Origin: a virus
Virus record (IMG/VR): IMGVR_UViG_3300045988_092738
Reading direction: 5' to 3' (one strand)
Length of the DNA: 42,595 nucleotides
Shown in pieces: positions 39,675-42,595 of this stretch. The stretch's first letter is position 1, and the number at the start of each line of letters is the position of its first letter. A model generated the notes under the pieces. It saw only the letters and a list, made by a program, of their open reading frames with translations. It was not told the DNA's origin and did no database searches. A program made the position numbers and the translations under genes.

Positions 39675-40892
39675 TCACTCAAACCTCCAATCTGGGAGAT
39701 AATTGCAAAAATAACGGCAGCTATCCATCGCATGGTCACTTTGCTTGACAGGCTTTTCTTCGCCTCTTGCGGCCGCTTTTTCATCCCATATGTATGTACC
39801 GATCTCATCCAAGAAGCCGGAGCAACGCTCGTTGACAAGCAGTTCTCTCCGTTTGATAAGCACACTCATGCGCCGGATTCCATCCAGCACATCGTTGTCC
39901 GCCTCGCGGACATATATGCCCCGTTGCCGTAATGCGACAATGAACGATGCTGCCGATGGGTCCACCAGAACTGTTGCAGCACCATCTCCAAGGAACTGGA
40001 CGAAATCGTCGGCGTATTCTTCATCCGTTTTCTGCCGGCGCTCTTTCCGGCTATCCCACCGGTACTCCCGGTCAATCCGTATTTTTTCGCCGTCATCATA
40101 GATGTCTAAAAATATGGTTGGATTCGTGGTGCCATAGTCACATGCAATATAACGCTGTGACAGCGCAACCATACCAGTCGGGGCCTGCCGGTACACATTA
40201 TCGGTTGGATCAAACATGTCATAGATCAATCCTTCCGACATCACCCAGCGCCCCATGACATAGCGCTCATAAAATAGGCCAGAGTACATCGACCGATAGC
40301 GGGCTTTTGTTGCCCCATCCAAAGACGGGTTATCATCCATTAAGAAGTGGATATGGAGCGCGTTGTGTTTCTCTGGCTGTAAGATCCACTCCTGCCGAAA
40401 CCAGTGCTGTGGATTCTCCGGATTGCAGTTAAACCACATCTTCGCTCCCTTTACAGAGCATCTGGCAAGCGCCTGTTCCACAAACGACCGCGGCATCAGT
40501 GCCACTTCGTCCAACAACACGCCGGCCAGCGTCACGCCCTGTACCAGCGCATAGGAACTCTCGTCTTTACCGCCAAACAAATAAATCCGGTTCTCCCTGT
40601 TCCCGCGGCGGGCAACGATCATATGTCCGCCACGGTTATACCGGATATCGAAATTCTGTCTGAGGTATGTAATACCAAGCAAAGGTGTAACAATGTTTCG
40701 TTCTACTGCCCCCACGGATTTCCCGCAAAAGGCAAAGGCGCAGTCATTGAAGTTTCCCATTGCCCACAGGAAAAATGATAGCGACATGATGGAGGTCTTA
40801 CCACTACGCACGGCTCCATCGCAGATCAGCGCGTCAAACCCCATGTATGGGAAGTCCATAATTTGGTTCTGCTTCTCAGATAGTCCGTCCAT
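39675..40892 (-). CDS. terL: Terminase large subunit (PBSX-type)
   Basis: Walker A CDGAVRSGKT, LLDEVA Walker B-like, nuclease-half D residues. 405 aa. Confidence 0.9.
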   Translation of the reverse strand: MDGLSEKQNQIMDFPYMGFDALICDGAVRSGKTSIMSLSFFLWAMGNFNDCAFAFCGKSVGAVERNIVTPLLGITYLRQNFDIRYNRGGHMIVARRGNRENRIYLFGGKDESSYALVQGVTLAGVLLDEVALMPRSFVEQALARCSVKGAKMWFNCNPENPQHWFRQEWILQPEKHNALHIHFLMDDNPSLDGATKARYRSMYSGLFYERYVMGRWVMSEGLIYDMFDPTDNVYRQAPTGMVALSQRYIACDYGTTNPTIFLDIYDDGEKIRIDREYRWDSRKERRQKTDEEYADDFVQFLGDGAATVLVDPSAASFIVALRQRGIYVREADNDVLDGIRRMSVLIKRRELLVNERCSGFLDEIGTYIWDEKAAARGEEKPVKQSDHAMDSCRYFCNYLPDWRFE

Positions 40893-41292
40893 ATTTCTCC
40901 TTTAGCGCTTTTGTAATGGGATCATCATCTCCAAGGTTTCCCCCGTTGCTTCCCATGCTTTTCAGTGTCCATTTATCAATCAATGTTCCTAAAGCTGTAG
41001 TAACCTCTGTTGCACTCTTAGCTGTCTCTATCTTCTCCGGTAAGATCCGCAGGCCAACCTCAATGATGTTGTATACAGCATCCCGCTTACTCTCCATGTA
41101 CGCAATAATATCTGCGGTGTCCATGTCCTTTTTTTGCTGTAGTTTCTCGCTGAAATCCGGGGATTCCTGCACGATCCTTTTCACTGTCTGATGAGTAACG
41201 CCGTTTAATCTGGCGGTTGCGCTATACGACTGCGTTTCCAGATAATCAACCACTATTTTCTTTTTCTGCTTATCTGTCAGTCGCGCAGCCAT
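40876..41292 (-). CDS. terS: Terminase small subunit
   Basis: 138 aa. N-terminal HTH (SYSATARLNGVTHQTVKRIV). Overlaps the terL start by 17 nt. Confidence 0.75.
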   Translation of the reverse strand: MAARLTDKQKKKIVVDYLETQSYSATARLNGVTHQTVKRIVQESPDFSEKLQQKKDMDTADIIAYMESKRDAVYNIIEVGLRILPEKIETAKSATEVTTALGTLIDKWTLKSMGSNGGNLGDDDPITKALKEKYGRTI

Positions 41293-41476
41293 AACACCAC
41301 CTCTTAATCAACACCTAATTTCCATCGCCAGCCCCCTGCCCCTAGCCGTCCTGCGATGATCTTTCCCACAAGTCCATTTGGTGCAGGCCGCCGGTACTGC
41401 CCCGGCGTACGCTTTCGCCTGCATAGCCCGCCAGTGAGGATGACACCGGTGGGTCTAAGGAGGTTTGGAGAATCAT

Positions 41477-41532
41477 GAAAAAAGCACCTGAAAAATCATC
41501 CTACTTGCCATTGTAGAATGGTCTTTCAGGTG
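41477..41532 (-). terminator. Compound hairpin plus U-run after the XRE gene (minus strand)
   Basis: cacctgaaa / tttcaggtg 9-bp stem enclosing ccatt-gtag-aatgg, followed on the minus strand by cuuuuuuc. Confidence 0.5.
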
Positions 41533-41554
41533 CGTGCACCCCAAACGGCCCATT

Positions 41555-41788
41555 TTAAAACTTTTTTTCTTCTCTACCCACAAGATAGTCAATCGACACC
41601 TCAAAAAAGTCCGCCAAAGCAATCAAGCTCTCCATGTTGGGCTTTGCTTCTTCGCGTTCATATAGTCGCACAGCATTGGTTCGCAATCCGCACAGTTCCG
41701 AGAGCACCCGGCGGCTGATTCTCCGCCGCTCTCTGAGCTGTCGCAGCCGGTTTGGAAATTCGCTCAACCGCCTCACCCCTTCTCCCAC
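41555..41788 (-). CDS. XRE-family HTH regulator (77 aa)
   Basis: FPNRLRQLRERRRISRRVLSELCGLRTNAVRLYEREEAKPNMESLIALADFFEVSIDYL. Confidence 0.8.
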   Translation of the reverse strand: MGEGVRRLSEFPNRLRQLRERRRISRRVLSELCGLRTNAVRLYEREEAKPNMESLIALADFFEVSIDYLVGREEKKF

Positions 41789-42099
41789 TGAAAGAAATAC
41801 TCAAAGGGCTTTCCCGTGTAGCGTAGGACTCTTTGTGCGTGTTTAACCGTCACAGAGCCCACTTTGATTTGCCTCCCTACCGTAGATGGTCCCATGCCAC
41901 ATTGAATTGCAAACGCACGCAGGCTCATACCCATTGCACGGATTTTGGCCGCCGCATCTGGCCTATACGCAATCCGTGCTCCGTCATCAATGCATTTCTC
42001 TATGAAATCCATCCTGTAGTCGCCCTGATCGCTGCACCGTCTGTCATAGGCCCGCATGCTGCGCAGTTCTTCCTCCGTAAACGGCGCAATCACTGGCAC
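41773..42099 (-). CDS. HTH-containing small protein (108 aa)
   Basis: [38 protein letters not shown]-like segment. Confidence 0.55.
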   Translation of the reverse strand: MPVIAPFTEEELRSMRAYDRRCSDQGDYRMDFIEKCIDDGARIAYRPDAAAKIRAMGMSLRAFAIQCGMGPSTVGRQIKVGSVTVKHAQRVLRYTGKPFEYFFQWEKG

Positions 42100-42404
42100 T
42101 TGCTTTCTTCCTCCATTTCAACCGCAAAGGCTATCCTACACAGCGCGTGTACAAGATGGTCGTTTGTATCATCTCCAGCCAGCCATGCAAATACATGGGT
42201 AAGCGCCCGACCCACATGCTCTCTTTCTGAGATCAGTTTGTAGTTATTCTCTGTGTAATGGTGAAGCGTGTCAGACTCATATCGTACATGGCTCAGCGCC
42301 AACATCGCACGCGGCGGCAGCCACTCAGATTTATAGGGTCTGTCCGACTGTACTCCGCCGGATGCATTTTCTGTCTTGTCTGTTTCCTTTGCAAGTGTTC
42401 CCAT
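42090..42404 (-). CDS. DUF5664-like (dATP/dGTP pyrophosphohydrolase-domain-like) protein
   Basis: [12 protein letters not shown]...NNYK...[36 protein letters not shown] resembles this family from memory. Confidence 0.45.
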   Translation of the reverse strand: MGTLAKETDKTENASGGVQSDRPYKSEWLPPRAMLALSHVRYESDTLHHYTENNYKLISEREHVGRALTHVFAWLAGDDTNDHLVHALCRIAFAVEMEEESKCQ

Positions 42405-42455
42405 AATATCCTCCTATTTCAAAGCAATTCCCGCTTCTTCCTTGAGCATAGATTT

Positions 42456-42595
42456 TCATTTTTTTGCATAGGCGCAGCAGGAACATTTATACTTCCTGTT
42501 GCGCCTCAGATCTTCGACCGCCGCATCCCTCTCCTGCTTCACCTGCTCCAGCTCGGCTCGCAGCTTCTCGTTTTCTGCCTCTGTATCGTACAATG
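42456..42595 (-). CDS. 3' part of junction-spanning CDS (see 1..243)
   Basis: In-frame continuation ...ERDAAVEDLRRNRKYKCSCCAYAKK to TGA at 42458..42456. 42519-42595 duplicates 1-77. Confidence 0.6.
   Translation of the reverse strand, partial: LYDTEAENEKLRAELEQVKQERDAAVEDLRRNRKYKCSCCAYAKK
42519..42595. repeat. 77-bp terminal direct repeat, copy 2
   Basis: Identical to bases 1-77. Confidence 0.95.

Larger units (their letters stand above)
1..42595. mobile_element. Complete temperate contractile-tailed phage genome, circularly closed (unique length 42,518 bp)
   Basis: Integrase+attP, repressor/Cro switch, and terminase-portal-capsid-sheath-tube-TMP-baseplate-fibre-lysis order on one strand. 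An exact 77-bp end overlap closes the circle. Confidence 0.85.

Noticed and set aside
1-42595. Searched by eye for CRISPR arrays, a reverse transcriptase/DGR template-variable repeat pair near the fibre genes, full tRNA genes and transposases
   Set aside because: None found. The only fibre-region repeat is the 94%-identical coding duplication, whose mismatches are not adenine-specific, and no RT is present. The only tRNA-like sequence is the 3' fragment at attP.

Overview
The window is one complete, circularly closed temperate phage genome. It has 42,518 bp of unique sequence, and bases 1-77 recur exactly at 42519-42595. The gene content is that of a Firmicutes/Clostridia-style contractile-tailed phage.

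Nearly all genes are on the minus strand, in this order:
- a Cro-like regulator starting at 6839
- early genes: Rad52-type annealase, NinB-like protein, HNH, SSB, DnaD-like organiser, RusA and a truncated C5-methyltransferase
- a four-gene small-protein operon ending in an XRE regulator
- TerS, TerL, portal, MuF-like protein, scaffold, cement and major capsid
- connector genes
- sheath, tube, a chaperone with a -1 frameshift, tape measure and a baseplate laid out like PBSX XkdP-XkdU
- five fibre or receptor-binding genes
- an S8 protease with an SLH domain, an XhlA-like protein, a holin and an amidase endolysin

Next to the endolysin lies attP, which is the 3' part of a tRNA-Arg(CCG)-like gene plus its terminator, with a plus-strand tyrosine integrase beside it. 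An AT-rich lysogeny/moron region (about 6.9-11.8 kb) carries plus-strand genes with their own sigma70-like promoters, interleaved with minus-strand small membrane-protein genes that overlap them tail to tail.

Most worth follow-up:
1. The SLH-bearing subtilase, translationally coupled to the lysis cassette.
2. An 826-bp counter-oriented cassette inserted between holin and endolysin. It holds a NUDIX-like ORF with no canonical start codon, followed by a promoter-to-terminator non-coding RNA unit.
3. The series of convergent, 3'-overlapping gene pairs and very small hydrophobic peptide genes in the lysogeny region.
4. An OOP-like antisense sRNA unit in the early operon.
5. A 305-bp, 94%-identical direct repeat shared by two fibre genes.

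All functional calls come from reading motifs and synteny by eye. No database search, HMM or RNA folding was run. No CRISPR array, reverse transcriptase/DGR or rRNA was seen.
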